A DNA stretch of 63,637 nt, filler included, from Octopus bimaculoides (lineage: Eukaryota), in NCBI RefSeq assembly GCF_001194135.2. It is 6 parts of 6 records of this genome, joined end to end, with 100 filler letters (N's around TTAATTAATTAA, not from the genome) between each part and the next. Parts side by side here need not be neighbours in the genome. Positions count along the whole stretch, not along the records: positions 1 to 17,970 come from NC_068997.1; 5 more parts are not named here. One strand, written 5' to 3'. The notes below the pieces were generated by a model, which saw nothing but the letters and a program-made list of their open reading frames with translations, was not told the origin of the DNA and searched no databases. Each line of letters begins with the position of its first letter. Position 1 is the first letter of the stretch. Positions 1 through 12,303 of this stretch are shown piece by piece. The translations under genes and the position numbers were made by a program.

Positions 1-72
1 CTTTATCCTTATTATTGCTCTCTTTGGTTTTGGGGTGCAGACCAAATTAGCCCTCCACTGGAGCAAGCTTAA

Positions 73-290
73 CTCTTTTGTTACCATATTTCTGTTGAGA
101 TACTCTGTGTTTCTTTCAATCAATTTTAAATATAACAAAGAATTTAGTAAAATAACTTATCATTAAGCTAGTGTTAGGAACATAAATTGTGACTAAGATT
201 TGGTGGAAGATTTTAATTCAGAACTTTTGAAAACAAGGCATTTGTACTACAGAGCCAGAGGTGGTTTCAGGTGGGTTGGTATCAAAAGGG
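73..290. mobile_element. piggyBac-like MITE
   Basis: TTAA at 69-72 and 291-294; imperfect 13-bp TIRs CTCTTTTGTTACC / (rc) CCCTTTTGATACC; no coding capacity. Confidence 0.75.
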
Positions 291-489
291 TTAAAAGTGT
301 GCATAGAGTGCGGTTTTTAAGCTAGTCCGTTTATACATGTATACAGTCACAGAATTACATTGTGCATTTATTTACACAAAGATACATATATCCAGACACA
401 CACACACACTTACAGAAATATCTTTGTAAAATATCGTTAATAAGAAAAAGAATAATAAATAAAAACAACAAAAATTTTGCGAAACTTAC

Positions 490-748
490 CTTTGTAAGGA
501 CAGTATCGTGGAAGACTCTTTGGGTAAAGCTTTCCTTCCTTGTCAAGGCAAGCGACATTTGATATTTCCTGTTTACATAGAATGGTCTTGGCTCGATTCA
601 GAGCTGACCAAGTGTCTTTGGTTTTGATTTCACATTTTGGCGTGAAGTTAGCTGGCGGGTCTATCACAGGCTTTGGTTGGGCAACTATTTTACCGTTAGG
701 AGGACCTTTCTCGTTCTCCAAGACATTGCGTGTAAGTACATTTGGCCT
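490..748 (-). CDS. oxt: Internal coding exon of protein O-xylosyltransferase (xylosyltransferase oxt / XYLT1-2 family, GT14): stem plus Cys-rich segment preceding the catalytic domain
   Basis: Translation RPNVLTRNVLENEKGPPNGKIVAQPKPVIDPPANFTPKCEIKTKDTWSALNRAKTILCKQEISNVACLDKEGKLYPKSLPRYCPYK(G) matches the XYLT pattern PxCxIxxKxAxSALxRAKTxxCxxxIxxxxCxxxxGxLxPxxLPxxCP as recalled from human XYLT1/2 and Drosophila oxt. Acceptor ttttctcttttgccaacAG|AGG (phase 0) at 749/748; donor AAAG|GTAAGT (phase 1) at 490/489; length 259 = 86 codons + 1 nt. Confidence 0.93.
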
Positions 749-799
749 CTGTTGGCAAAAGAGAAAAAGAAATAAAAAAATGAAATATATATGTATATA

Positions 800-955
800 G
801 AGAGGAGAATTCATGAAAAAACAACAGACGAAGACAGGTGGTGCAAACAACACATGGATGTATTAGTATAACGCTCGGGAATAGAGAAAGTCGTTAACGT
901 TTCGAGCCTACGCTCCTCAACAGAAAGGAACACAGAAAGAAACAAGGAGAGAATC
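800..955 (-). mobile_element. Short Penelope-like repeat with minimal hammerhead-like motif (copy 1)
   Basis: Shares sequence with 15024-15165, 26395-26545 and 62075-62208; minus strand contains CTTT-CTGTTGA-G-GAGC-GTAG-GCTC-GAAAC-GTT. Confidence 0.55.
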
Positions 956-1659
956 GTGAATGGTCTGGTTGGAGGCCCAACCCTCCGAGTTTAGGTTCAA
1001 TGTTACTATGACTGACAGATTACAATCACATCAGTCATTACCCAACATTCATAACTATGACAAGGCAGTGCCCCAGCATGGCCATAATCTAATGACTGAA
1101 ACACATAAAAGATAGAAGATAAATAGCTAAAGATGGAGGAGCATAGCTAAGTGGAGGCATATGACTTAGTGGTTAGGGTGTTGGACTCATGATTGTAAGA
1201 TTGTGGTTTCGATTCCTGGGTTGAGCAATGCATTGTGTTTCTGTGCAAAACACTTCACATTGCTCCAGTTCACTCAGTTGGCAAAAATGAGTTTAGCCTG
1301 GAGAGGGATGGGGTTCCACCAGGCTTTCTCAACCTCCCTATGCTGTATGGCTGCAGTGCCCCAATGACCTCCAAGGGGTTAAAGGACTTGTCAATGTCAG
1401 ATAGCTAAAGACAGGCAATGGAAACCAAATTGACGATATAAGTTTGGCTTTTGTTTTTTTTACCAATCTCTCCTCTTCTGAGGATCGAATGCTGGAGCTA
1501 GCACAGTTACAGGCCAGCAGTTGTAAATTTAGCTTCCAGTTCAGCCTCCTGCTGCCCACCACTCATGAATATGGGTTTGAGATATCTAAACTTCTTTACA
1601 TGCCTCAAAGTTCACTGACAATACTTTCTTGAGAAATGTCTCGATCTTTGCAGCACTAA

Positions 1660-1960
1660 ACATCATCATCATCGTCGTTTAATGTCCGCATTCCATGCTA
1701 GCATGGGTTGGACGATTTGACTGAGGACTGGTGAACCAGATGGCTACACCAGCCTCCAATCTGATTTGGCAGAGTTTCTACAGCTGGATGCCCTTCCTAA
1801 CGCCAACCACTCAGAGAGTGTAGTGGGTGCTTTTACATGCGGCATGAAGGCCAGTCATGCGGTACTGGCAACGGCCACGCTCAAAATGGTGTATTTTACA
1901 TGCCACCTGCACAGGAGCCAGTCCAGTAGCACCGGCAACGGCCCTTTTTATATAAATAAA
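1660..1960 (-). mobile_element. RTE-type retroposon/SINE 3' fragment ending in (GAT)n
   Basis: Contains GTTGGCGTTAGGAAGGGCATCCAGCTGTAGAAA on the minus strand and ends in a GAT array; related segments at 3830-4180 (+), 8720-8860 (-) and 61440-61870. Confidence 0.6.
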
Positions 1961-3169
1961 AAGTTACAATGTTGAGGAATTCATCTGATTCAGTGATTTG
2001 CATGTCTATCAAAAGGGTATCGCAAATACAAAGACATAGACTAAGTACCTTTATAAATCTTATGGAGACTTTGTGTAGCTAATGTATATATCTAAGTAAG
2101 TGAGCTGTTTATTTCCGTCAAACAATGGCTGACTTGGGTAGATTACTCCAATAAAAACTGTTTCTTTTGAAAATCTGCAAAAAACTTTAGGCTTGTGTTT
2201 TATATTTTCCACAACCCTATTCTGTTTCTTTTAACAGCATGAATGTTTCTGTGGGAGCAATTTATTTTGTTCTTGGTTTTTATGAGCGACATTCTTAAAT
2301 GGATTTTTCCTGTGTCAATGGTTTATCCATTTAAGTGATTTGAGATCATTGTTCCTCTCATGAGAATTTCTCTGTGTCTGGGAATGGTATTTTCATAAGC
2401 CTCAACCTTCTTCTCTAAGACATATTTAATGCATGTAGCTTGTATTATTTACATAAAGGGGTAGATTAGCAGACTTGATAAAGATGCCAGATAAAATGCC
2501 TTGGGGTATTTGCCTTAGCACTTTACATTCTGAGTTCAAGTCACACAGAGGTCAACTTAGTTATTCATCATTTTGGGGTTAACAAAATAAAGCACTAGTC
2601 AAGTACTGGGGTTGATGTAATTGACCACATCTCCTCTTCTCAAAATTTCAGGCCTTGAGTACAAACTTTCCATTTAAAGTGCAGTTGATAGGCAGAATCA
2701 GTAGAGCATCAGTAAGAAAAATGCTTTGTGATATTTGCTCTAGCTCTTTACATTTCGAGTTCAAATCTTACCCAGGTCAACTTTGCCATTCATCCTTTTG
2801 GGGTCAATAGAATAAAGTGCCAATCAAGCACTAAGATCGATAGCTTTCACTGACCCCCATCCTCTAACAAAAGATTGCCTTATACCTAAATAAGAAATAA
2901 TTATTTACATAAATCAATATCTTGTGAGAATAGTTATAGTGTTGGACAAAACACCAAGCAGTATTTCTTTTGTACCAGCTCTTTATATTTCGAGAAAGAG
3001 AGGGTAAGATGAAGGGAGAGGATGACATGGAGAGAAAGATGAAGGAGAGAACAAGAGAAACATTGAAACATATGCTGCCAAATTAGTCAGTGTAGAATCA
3101 TTGACGCCAAGGTGGCACCAAAACACCTCAAAACATCTCACAGCTTCTGTAATGATAATATATTGTTAA

Positions 3170-3384
3170 CCCTCTTGATACCAACCTGCCTGAAGAATAT
3201 GCTCCTGGTTCTATGGTACAAACTTTCTGTTTCATAATTATCCAAATTAAAACCTTCCATCAAAATCCCAAGCTAATTTACGTCCTGGACGCCATCAGAT
3301 TAACAAAGTTTAGGTTATTTTGCTAAATTTTTCATTATTTTCAAAATAAATTGTAGCAAATGCAGTATATGTATATCAATAGGG
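3170..3384. mobile_element. Second, inverted copy of the piggyBac-like MITE family, right end abutted by a SINE
   Basis: Starts TTAA|CCCTCTTGATACCAACC and aligns by eye to the reverse complement of 73-290; ends ...tatcaatagggtt directly before a SINE head. Confidence 0.6.
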
Positions 3385-3704
3385 TTGGCGCAGGCATGGC
3401 TGTGTGGTTAAGAAACTTACTTGCAACTGAACAGTTTCTGGTTCAGTCTCACTGAGTGGCACCTTGGGCAAGTGTCTTCTATAACAGCCCTGGGCAACCC
3501 AAAACCTTGTGAGTGAATTTGATAGATAGAAACTGTGTGAAACGCCCTTAGGCATGATTGTGTGGTAAGAAATTTACTTCCTAATCACATGGTTCAAGGT
3601 TCAGTCCCATTGTATGGCACCTTGGGCAAGCATCTTCTACAATAAGCTCAGGCAGATCAAAGCCTTAAGAGTGGATTTGGCAGTTAGAAACTGAAAGAAG
3701 CCTG

Positions 3705-3743
<39 letters not shown>

Positions 3744-3829
3744 TGCGTGTGTGTGTGTGTGTGAGTGACTTTGTGTCTCTGTTTGTTCCCCACTATCACT
3801 TGACAACAGGTGTTGGTATGGTTAGAGAA

Positions 3830-4180
3830 AACTATAGGAGTCACCTTCACATTAAGAACGAGTATGGGTACCACTTGAAAAACACCCAGTCCACACTGTA
3901 AAGTGGCTGGCATTTGGAAGGGCAGCCAACTGTAAAAACCATGCCAAAACTGATCTTGCATGTGCGAGTGTCAGATAAAAAGCACTCAGCCCACTCTATG
4001 GAGTGGTTGGTTTTAGGAAGGGCATTCAGCTATAAAAAATCTATGCCAAAACAGACACAGAAGCATGGCACAGGCTCCTGCCTGGCCAGCTCCTATCAAA
4101 CTGTCCAACCCATGCCAGCACGGAAGAAGGACGTTAAATGATGATGATAATGATCATCATCATCATCATCATCATCTGCA
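3830..4180 (+). mobile_element. RTE-type retroposon/SINE 3' fragment ending in (GAT)/(CAT) repeats
   Basis: Two copies of the GGAAGGGCA(T/G)(C/T)CA(G/A)CT motif, then catgccagcacggaa...gacgttaaatgatgatgat. Confidence 0.55.
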
Positions 4181-4915
4181 ATATTATGGTGAAGTAGACA
4201 TCGAGAGCATTATTACCTCTGGTTAGATAGACAGCAGCTCACTTATTCCTCGAACATGTTCAAGAAACCAAGAAGAAATACTCTTTCTCTGCAGCTCTGT
4301 ATAATATCTGCTAGAACACCGTCTTGCTTTATGAGGCTGACATAGAGCTAAACAACAAGTGGTACTTATTTTTGTCAAGTCTGGAAAAGGGTGATTGACA
4401 AAACGAATAATACCACTGATATCAGCAAGATTTTCAGCTGAGAACATTGTGTACAGCAGGATTATAAAACGAAATACGGCGAAAACATACAGTCTAGATT
4501 TCAACAGACTGTCTACCACATAAACTACACTTGAGAATACAAATACATATTAAAAAACATAATTAGAAAAAAGATAAAAAGAATGAATAGATGTCCTATA
4601 TATATTTATATATAATATATATATATATATGTATGTGTGTATGCTTATGTGCATGTGAGTGCATACACACACATATACATAAACGTGTGTGTGTGTGTGT
4701 GTGTATATCTGTGTTTGTCCTTACAAAAATAGTGAAAATAAATACGAGATATTTTAAAACGAGTTATTTTTTTTTTACTCTTTTTTTTTTTGCTTTGTTG
4801 TTTCAGTTNNNNNNNNNNTGTATCTGCTAAACTTTTTTCTTCTTTTATTTTTGTAATATACATACCCCAAAAAATAAGTAAAAATATAAATAAAAATAGC
4901 TTAAAACTTATACAT

Positions 4916-4959
<44 letters not shown>

Positions 4960-5733
4960 TTATATACACATACATGTACACAATTGTGAACACACACATG
5001 CACACGTGTGTACATATATATATGTAAATATATCTATACACACATATATGTATACATCAATACACATAAATATATATACACACATACAATATATAAACAT
5101 ATATCCATACATACATATGCACATATATATAACCACAAACACACACTTATACACACACAGAGACATATACAATGACATATTGACACAATAGCCAGGAGGA
5201 AAGGAAAGACGTGGGGTTAAGAACAGGGCTGTTTTGCACGTGTACACATGTCTGCAAAGTATGCGTATGTATTTGTAAATGTGTGTGTGTGTGTGTGTGA
5301 GTACGCCTGCATGTGTGTATGTGTATGATATTAAAAGCCAGTTTTGAAAGTGAGACCCTTACAGACATCACTACTCCTCATCATCTCGTTTCCTACATCA
5401 CAAAAATCTCATTATCCTCCTCTATAAAAGTTTGTGCCTCATGCCTGAGTAACAAATTATTATTATTATTGCAATTATTATTATTATTGTTGTTGTTGTT
5501 GTTAAGTGAACTTTGTCTCAGTAATTATTTATTTTTGCCAAAATCAGCCGTTTCAGGAGGGGGAAAAAAAAACAACAACCTTACAATGACACGCTCATTC
5601 TTCTTTTATTTAAATAAAAAAAATGCAAAGTAAAGGGGAAAAGAAAGATAAAAAAAAAAAAAAAATCAAGGACAAAAAAAGAAACTGCACCTACCCTNNN
5701 NNNNNNNCCTCACCTCCCTCCCTCCCTCCTTGG

Positions 5734-5765
<32 letters not shown>

Positions 5766-5829
5766 TTGCATACAAATATGCACTTACAGTAAGAGAAAAG
5801 AAGGAACCGCCATTCTACAAGGAAATGAA

Positions 5830-5844
5830 AAATAATGCTGTTGC

Positions 5845-5879
<35 letters not shown>

Positions 5880-6290
5880 TCAGAAGTAGCAGCACCACCA
5901 CCACCACTATCACCATCACTGTTACCACTACCAGTGTCATCACCACCACCACCATCATCTCTCCCAACATATCCACCAACACCACTACCACCATTCCATA
6001 TCACTACCTTCTCTCAATCAACATTGCGATCACCACCTGTACCACAACCACCACTACTAGACTGAAAACACCACTATCAACACTACCATTCCTATCAACA
6101 CCACAACCTCCCAAACCGCTAGAAATGTCTGCTACCACTATCCACTGCCGCCAACACTGACGAAGTACTGACTGCTACCATCGTACAACCACCATCGCCA
6201 TCGACCACCTCTAACATACCTTACGACCACACCACCATCGCTCTCGCTACCTACACCATGCACAGAACTATCACCACTACCAATGCCGCT
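5830..6290. repeat. (ACT)/(ACC)-rich low-complexity trinucleotide tract
   Basis: Source of the poly-T/poly-P/poly-G ORFs in the track; similar tracts at 27580-27900, 28130-28200, 30880-31210 and 38760-38940. Confidence 0.85.
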
Positions 6291-6731
6291 TTCTATAGAA
6301 GAAGAAAACATTGCTGTATTCTTTAAGCGAAAGTCAATAACATTGACCAATACCACCACAAAGAAAACAGAAAACGGAAACATCTTTTCAAGAATTAGGA
6401 TAAGAACTTTTTTGGTTTAGAGAAGAAAACTCAAAACAAAACAAAATGAAACCTCAGAGAATCTTTCAATATTATTGTATACACATATAAGAGAATTTTT
6501 GAATATTATTATATACACATACAAGGTGGCAGAATTGTTAGAATGTCGGACAAAATGCTTAGCAGCATTTCATCTGTCTTCATGTTCTAAGTTCAAATTC
6601 TGTCACAGTTGACTGTCATCCTTTTGGGGTTAATAAAATAAGTACCAGTTGAGTATTGGGGGTGATGTAATTGACTTCCCCCCTCCCTTGAAATTGCTGG
6701 TCTTGAGACAAAGCTTGAAATTGTTATAGAT

Positions 6732-6974
6732 CAGTGGTTCCCAACAAACTAGTAAATTGGGGATCCACTATAGTATTCTAAGTGCCCCTGAAAAATATTT
6801 GTGTTAGATGTATGTATTTGTACGTATTGCAAGAAACAGTTGGGTTTCTAGCTCAACCTATACAAGTTAATGTGTAAAAAACAATATAGGAATTTAGAAG
6901 GTTTTATAAAACTAGTTTTTAAACATCAAATGAAGACGGGGTCCCCCAGAATAAAAAATGGTTGAGAACCCCTG
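6732..6974. mobile_element. hAT (Charlie-like) MITE
   Basis: Ends CAGTGGTTCCCAAC ... GTTGAGAACCCCTG; perfect 8-bp TSD TTATAGAT at 6724-6731 and 6975-6982; a partial relative lies at ~25486. Confidence 0.85.
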
Positions 6975-7629
6975 TTATAGATGTTAATAAGGTGGCAAGT
7001 TGGACAAAATGCTTAGCGGTATTTTGTCTATCTTTATGTTCTGAGTTCAAATTTTGCCAAAGTTGACTTTGCCATTCGTCCTTCCTGGGTCAATAAATTA
7101 AGTACCAATCATCTATTTGGGTCAGTGTAATCGACTAGCCCCACCCCACCCTTAAAATTCCACACTTTGTGCCTATAGCAGAAAGGATTATTATACATAC
7201 ATATTTACAGCTCTTTACATTCTGAGTTCAAATCCATATGAAGTCTATCTCAAATTCACCCTTCTGGGGTTGATAGAATAAGCTATCAGCCAAATACTAA
7301 AATTGATTTAAAGTGATTTAATTGATTGTTGCCTTCTCCTGTTGATCTAATAAATTAACTCAAAAGGCTTTGGTTGGTCCAGGGCAATAGAAGACACTTG
7401 CCCAAGATGCTGTACATTGGGACAGAACCTACAACCATATGGCTGGGAAGCAAATTTCTTAATTGCACAACCATGTCTGCATATATACACTTTGGTCAGC
7501 CTGGTGCTATAGTAGATGACACTTGCTCAAGGTACTGCACAGTAGGACAGAACCCAGAACCATGTGGCTGGGAAGTGAATTTCATAACCACACGGTTATG
7601 TCTGCATCTCTAGGCCTTGGTCAGTCACC

Positions 7630-7880
7630 AGATGTGCTTTTATGTTCCACCAAAAATACCTTTCTACCAAAAGGTACAGTTTTACGACCCACAAGCATTT
7701 ATGCCCTACAAAATGTGCTTTTCATGACATTTTATATATCCCGTCAAATGTATATTTTTGTGCCACTAGATGTACTTTTGTGTCACCACATGTACTTTTA
7801 TGTGCCACCACATCTACATTTATATGTCATCTGATGTACTTTTATGTGCCACTGGATGTCCTTTTACTTTGTGCAACATG
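7630..7880. repeat. Degenerate ~20-21-bp minisatellite (GATGTACTTTTATGTGCCACT-like)
   Basis: Recurring units gatgtgcttttatgttccacc, gatgtacttttgtgtcacc, catgtacttttatgtgccacc, gatgtacttttatgtgccact. Confidence 0.7.
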
Positions 7881-9552
7881 ATGTAATTTTCTGTGTTATC
7901 AGCTGATGAAAAAACCACCAAAACGGAGAGTAATAAGCATGGGTGTTCTTTGGGTAAATCTTATTTTCGGTGGAATCTTTAAGTACTGAGGATGTTGAAT
8001 AATCTGCATAGATAATATATTAGATGGATATCTGTTAATCAAAGAGTTTAAAATGAAAGGCTTGTGGTAGGAAAAGAATCTGGTAGAAAAAGAAAAAAAA
8101 AGAAACAAACAAAAAACGAACAGCTATGTGAAGAAATTTGATCATAGCTATGGTGCCAGGTGTACACTTTGAACCAAAGTTATGGCAGTTTATCTTAAAG
8201 TTAAGATACTTAAAGCAGTTTTGCACAATTTATCAGATTAAAAGAGCATTAGATTAATTAATTAATTGCTCATATTATACACTGTTCTTCGTTAACTTTA
8301 ACAAGTATCTGAGTGTAATTACTTTATCTCGTTTGATATATTGACATTGGAAAAAAATCTTATCATTATGTAATGCTATATATCCTGAAGGTAGGGGATA
8401 AAAGGAGAAAAAAGAAGGAAAGACAAGACCAGTCCAAAACTAGCACTATTCTCCCTTAACACTCCTGTGATCATATTACTAATGAATCGCATTGCCTATG
8501 TGTTTCTATTTTGAAAATTAATTAGGAAATTTTTAATGATTTTTCAGTGATATAAGCACAGGCATGGTTCTGTGGTTAAGATATTCACTTAGCAGTCATG
8601 TGGTTTTGAGTTTAGTTTACTGCAAAGCACCTTTGACATGAGTCTTGTAATATAGCATGCGACCAACCAATGCCTTGTGAAACAATTTGGTAGGAGAAAG
8701 AAACTGTGTGTGTATATATAATCATAGTCATCATCATCAACATTTAATGTACATTTTCCATACTGGCATGGGTTAGATACATGGATAGGAACTGGCAAGG
8801 CCAGGGGTTGCACCAGATTCCGTAGTCTGTTCAGGCTTGGTTTCTACAGTTGGATGCTCTTGGTTTTGGGGTCTCAATTCTGTTGTGGTGGTGGGGTCAT
8901 TTGAGTACAGCAATGCACCACATATCTCAGCCCTCTGTCATCTCTTTTGTAAGGCTCACCATTTTGAGATCGGTCTTCATACATTAAATATATTAAATCA
9001 AAGATTGAATTTTATGGTATTATCTTTAATTAAAGATAATTATATAAATTCCAGTCTTTAATTTAATGTATTCGTTACAGATGACCAATCTAACTGACAT
9101 GGAATTTCAGCTTGTATGGACAGTCTTCTTCTCAAAGACAAACCAAGCTGGGGCAACAACTCGAAGGGTTTTAATTGATTAAATGAAACTCAGTAATTAA
9201 TTTATTATTTCTTAAGTCTGATATACATTGTCAGTTTCTGTTGTTCAACTGCTAAGTCATGCAAATGTAAAGTAACTAACACTGTTGTCAAGTGGTGGCA
9301 GGGGAGGGGATGAGAGAGTGTCCAAACAAGCACACATAACAAGCTTCCACACAATTTCCATCTATGAAATTCATTCACGAGTTGTTGGTCAGTGTAGGAG
9401 TAATAATAATAATAAACGACACTTGCCCAAGGTGCTGTGCAGTAGGACTGAACCTGAAAATACCTGGTTGCAAAGCAAGCCTCCCGATCAGGCCCACATC
9501 AAATTATTAGTTCTGTCCTCTTTAAATTCCCAGTATTAACAATGTGAACATA

Positions 9553-9921
9553 GGTGCAGGAGTGGCTGTGTGGTAAGTAGCTTGCTTACCAACCACATGG
9601 TTCTGGGTTCAGTCCCACTGCATGGCACCTTGGGCAAGTGTCTTCTACTATAGCCTCGGGCCGACCAAAGCCTTGTGAGTGGATTTGGTAGACAGAAACT
9701 GAAAGAAGCCCGTCGTATATGTGTGTCTGTGTTTGTCCTCCCCACCATCACTTGACAACCGATGCTGGTGTATTTATGTCCCCGTAATTTAGCGGTTCGG
9801 CAAAAAGAGACCGATAGAATAAGTACTAGGCTTACAAAGAATAAGTCCTGGGGTCGATTTGCTTGACTAAAGGCGGTGCTCCAGCATGGCAGCAGTCAAA
9901 TGACTGAAACAAGTAAAAGAG
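9553..9921 (+). mobile_element. tRNA-derived SINE family A (near full length): tRNA-like head, CORE-like CCTTGGGCAAGT segment, internal microsatellite, 3' tail
   Basis: A-box-like TGGCTGTGTGG and B-box-like GGTTCAGTCCC; body and tail (…GGCGGTGCTCCAGCATGG…CAAATGACTGAAACAAGTAAAAGA) shared with many copies in the window. Resembles described octopus tRNA-derived SINEs (recall). Confidence 0.85.
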
Positions 9922-10780
9922 TATACGTTACCCCAGACCAGAAGGTGCTCACATACAATTACATCTGGTAACCTTTCTCTTTAAATGGTTACAATTAAAA
10001 GGAAACAAAAACTACTCCGAGATAATTTCCGTTCAAAAACTACTAAAATATTTCACTAAAAGACAACTATTATCCTTATGTGGGCGCTAATTTTTTTTTT
10101 TTTTTTTTTGGTATTTTTCTTTCCCAGTTTTGAAACTACTATTTACTCTTTAAAAAAAGGCTATGAATTTTGAAAGTGGAGAGGGTGGAAGTGGAGATTC
10201 CTGTTTACATAGGAAACAACAACAAAAATTGGTAGATATTTTTGGAAAATTTTTATTTCAAATCAATTTATTAAGAATTTCTTGTGTCTATTTCTTTTTT
10301 TTTAATATTATTTTTGTCATTTTATATTTGCTTTTCCACAATGTATTTTTCTAATCTCCATTAAATATTAAATTGAATAATAGATCAATAGAATAATTAA
10401 TAGAATATAATTTAATCTATTATATGGCTCAATTTACATTCACTGCTGAATTCATTATCTTTCAAATTATTGAAGATATTTAGGTACTAGTTTTCTATAA
10501 ACTAAATTGTGGCCTTAGGCTATTGGAGATGGGCTGATGCAGTACAAAGCTGAGCTGTTCTACATAGCAACTCGTTTAATTAAGCAACAATATAGTTTCA
10601 GAAATGAAATACTGTAGTGATTTTTTGTTTGTTTGTTTTTAGTTGCTAGGTTTGAAAGAAGGGGCAAAGCTCATGACTTTTGCAGATTCTTCAAGAATGG
10701 TGAGATTAAAGCCATATTAATGTTTATTTTTTGGGTATTGCTAGCATGAATATATGTTGAATTTTTTTTTTTTTCACTTG

Positions 10781-11143
10781 TTTCAGTCATTTGACTGCGA
10801 CCATGCTGGAGCACCACCTTTAGTCGAGCAAATCGAACCCAGGACTTATTCTTTGTAAGCCTAATACTTATTCTATCGGTTTCTTTTGCCCAACCGCTAA
10901 GTGACAGGGACATAAACACACCAGCATCAGTTATCAAGCAATGCTAGGGGAACACACACAGACACACATATATATACATATATATGACAGGCTTCTTTCA
11001 GTTTCCGTCTACCAAATCCACTTACAAGGCTATGGTCGGCCCGAGGCTATAGTAGAAGACACTTGCCCAAGATGCCACACAGTGTGACTGAACCCGGAAC
11101 CATGTGGTTGGTAAGCAAGCTACTTACCACACAGCCACTCCTG
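10781..11143 (-). mobile_element. SINE family A, near full length
   Basis: Reverse complement of the 9553-9921 consensus with internal (CA)/(TA) array. Confidence 0.85.
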
Positions 11144-12288
11144 AATATTGAAGTTGATGTAATCAATTTGGCTCCTCCCCTCAAAAATGCATGCCTTGTA
11201 CCAAAATCAGAAATGATAATAATTATTATTGTATTATTAATGATAACATGGTGAGCTGGCAGAATTGTTAGCATGTTGGGCAAAACGCTTAGTGGCATTT
11301 CGTCCATCTTCACGTTCTGAGTTCAAATTCTGCCAAGGACGACTTTGCCTTTCATCCTTTTGGGGTCAATAAAATAAGTACCAGTTGAACACTGGGGTTG
11401 GCATCATTGACTCATCTCCTCCCCCAAAATTGCTGCATTTGTGGAAAAAATTTGAAGCCATTACTATTATTATTATTATTAAGGTGGCGAGATGGCAGAA
11501 TTGTTAGCACCATAGGCAAAATACTTAGCAGCATTTCATCCATCTTTACATTCTGAGTTCAAATTCCACTGAGGTCGACTTTGCTTTTCATCCTTTCAGG
11601 GTTGATGAAATAAGTAGTAGTTGTGTACTGGGGTCAATGTAATATACTTTATTGAGTACTTTACATTCTCCTGGCTGCATGTATATATAAGAAGTGAAGA
11701 ATGGAGTAGCTGGTAATTACATTTATTCCATGATGTACACTTGTTTCACTAATGTTTGGTTGACAAATCAAATGCCATGCATGGAATTATGGATGAGAAT
11801 AATAACATAGTTGTGTCCGTTATATAAAGCATATTACATAATGAGTTCCTTACACAGTCATGACTGAGTAAATGAATATAATATAGGTACAATTTTTTTT
11901 GCTTTTCATTTATACAGGAAGAACTTGATAATCTAGGAAGAATTTGTCTCCAGATTCTGGAAGGAGGGAGCTAATGCTAAAATTTCAACAAGTGACAAAT
12001 TCTTCTGAATTTTCTGTTTGATGTTCTCCTTCATACAAATTCGAATAGCTGCTATTTGCGAAAATATGTCTGGATTATCAGATCCCCTCTCTCTTACTAT
12101 ATGTACACACACACACACACACACACAAAGAATATATAATCTTCCGCACAAGTAAAAATATGAAAAAATTAAGTTGAAAGTGCACTTGAAATCCTTTAAT
12201 GTATATTTATTTACATTATGCCATCAAGTTTTACAATGTTGCAATAATCATGAATTTTACAAAATAAATAATGCTAATGGTATCTTAC

Positions 12289-12303
12289 TTTATGTAAAGG
12301 TAG
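12289..12303 (-). CDS. Candidate 15-nt in-frame micro-exon (LPLHK) of the xylosyltransferase gene
   Basis: Minus strand reads ttttccaccttgtttttctttatgcAG|CTACCTTTACATAAA|GTAAGA. It has a strong pyrimidine tract and donor, and a phase 0-0 reading is stop-free and compatible with the phase-0 acceptor at 748. No homology or transcript support is available. Confidence 0.3.

Noticed and set aside
4223-4519. 98-aa minus-strand ORF with a hydrophobic N-terminus
   Set aside because: No recognisable homology, and no suitable donor before the stop.
5666-6160. Poly-Thr/Pro/Gly ORFs that look like mucin or extensin
   Set aside because: (ACT)/(ACC) low-complexity tract open in several frames on both strands, with no splice or homology support.
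6138-6383. ORF MFPFSVFFVVVLVNVIDF... as the XYLT transmembrane exon
   Set aside because: A phase-0 GTAAGG donor exists, but there is no basic cytoplasmic tail or XYLT-like signature and it grades into a low-complexity tract; not called.
9553-9640. tRNA-like heads of SINEs as tRNA genes
   Set aside because: A/B-box-like segments continue directly into SINE bodies, and no complete cloverleaf is evident.
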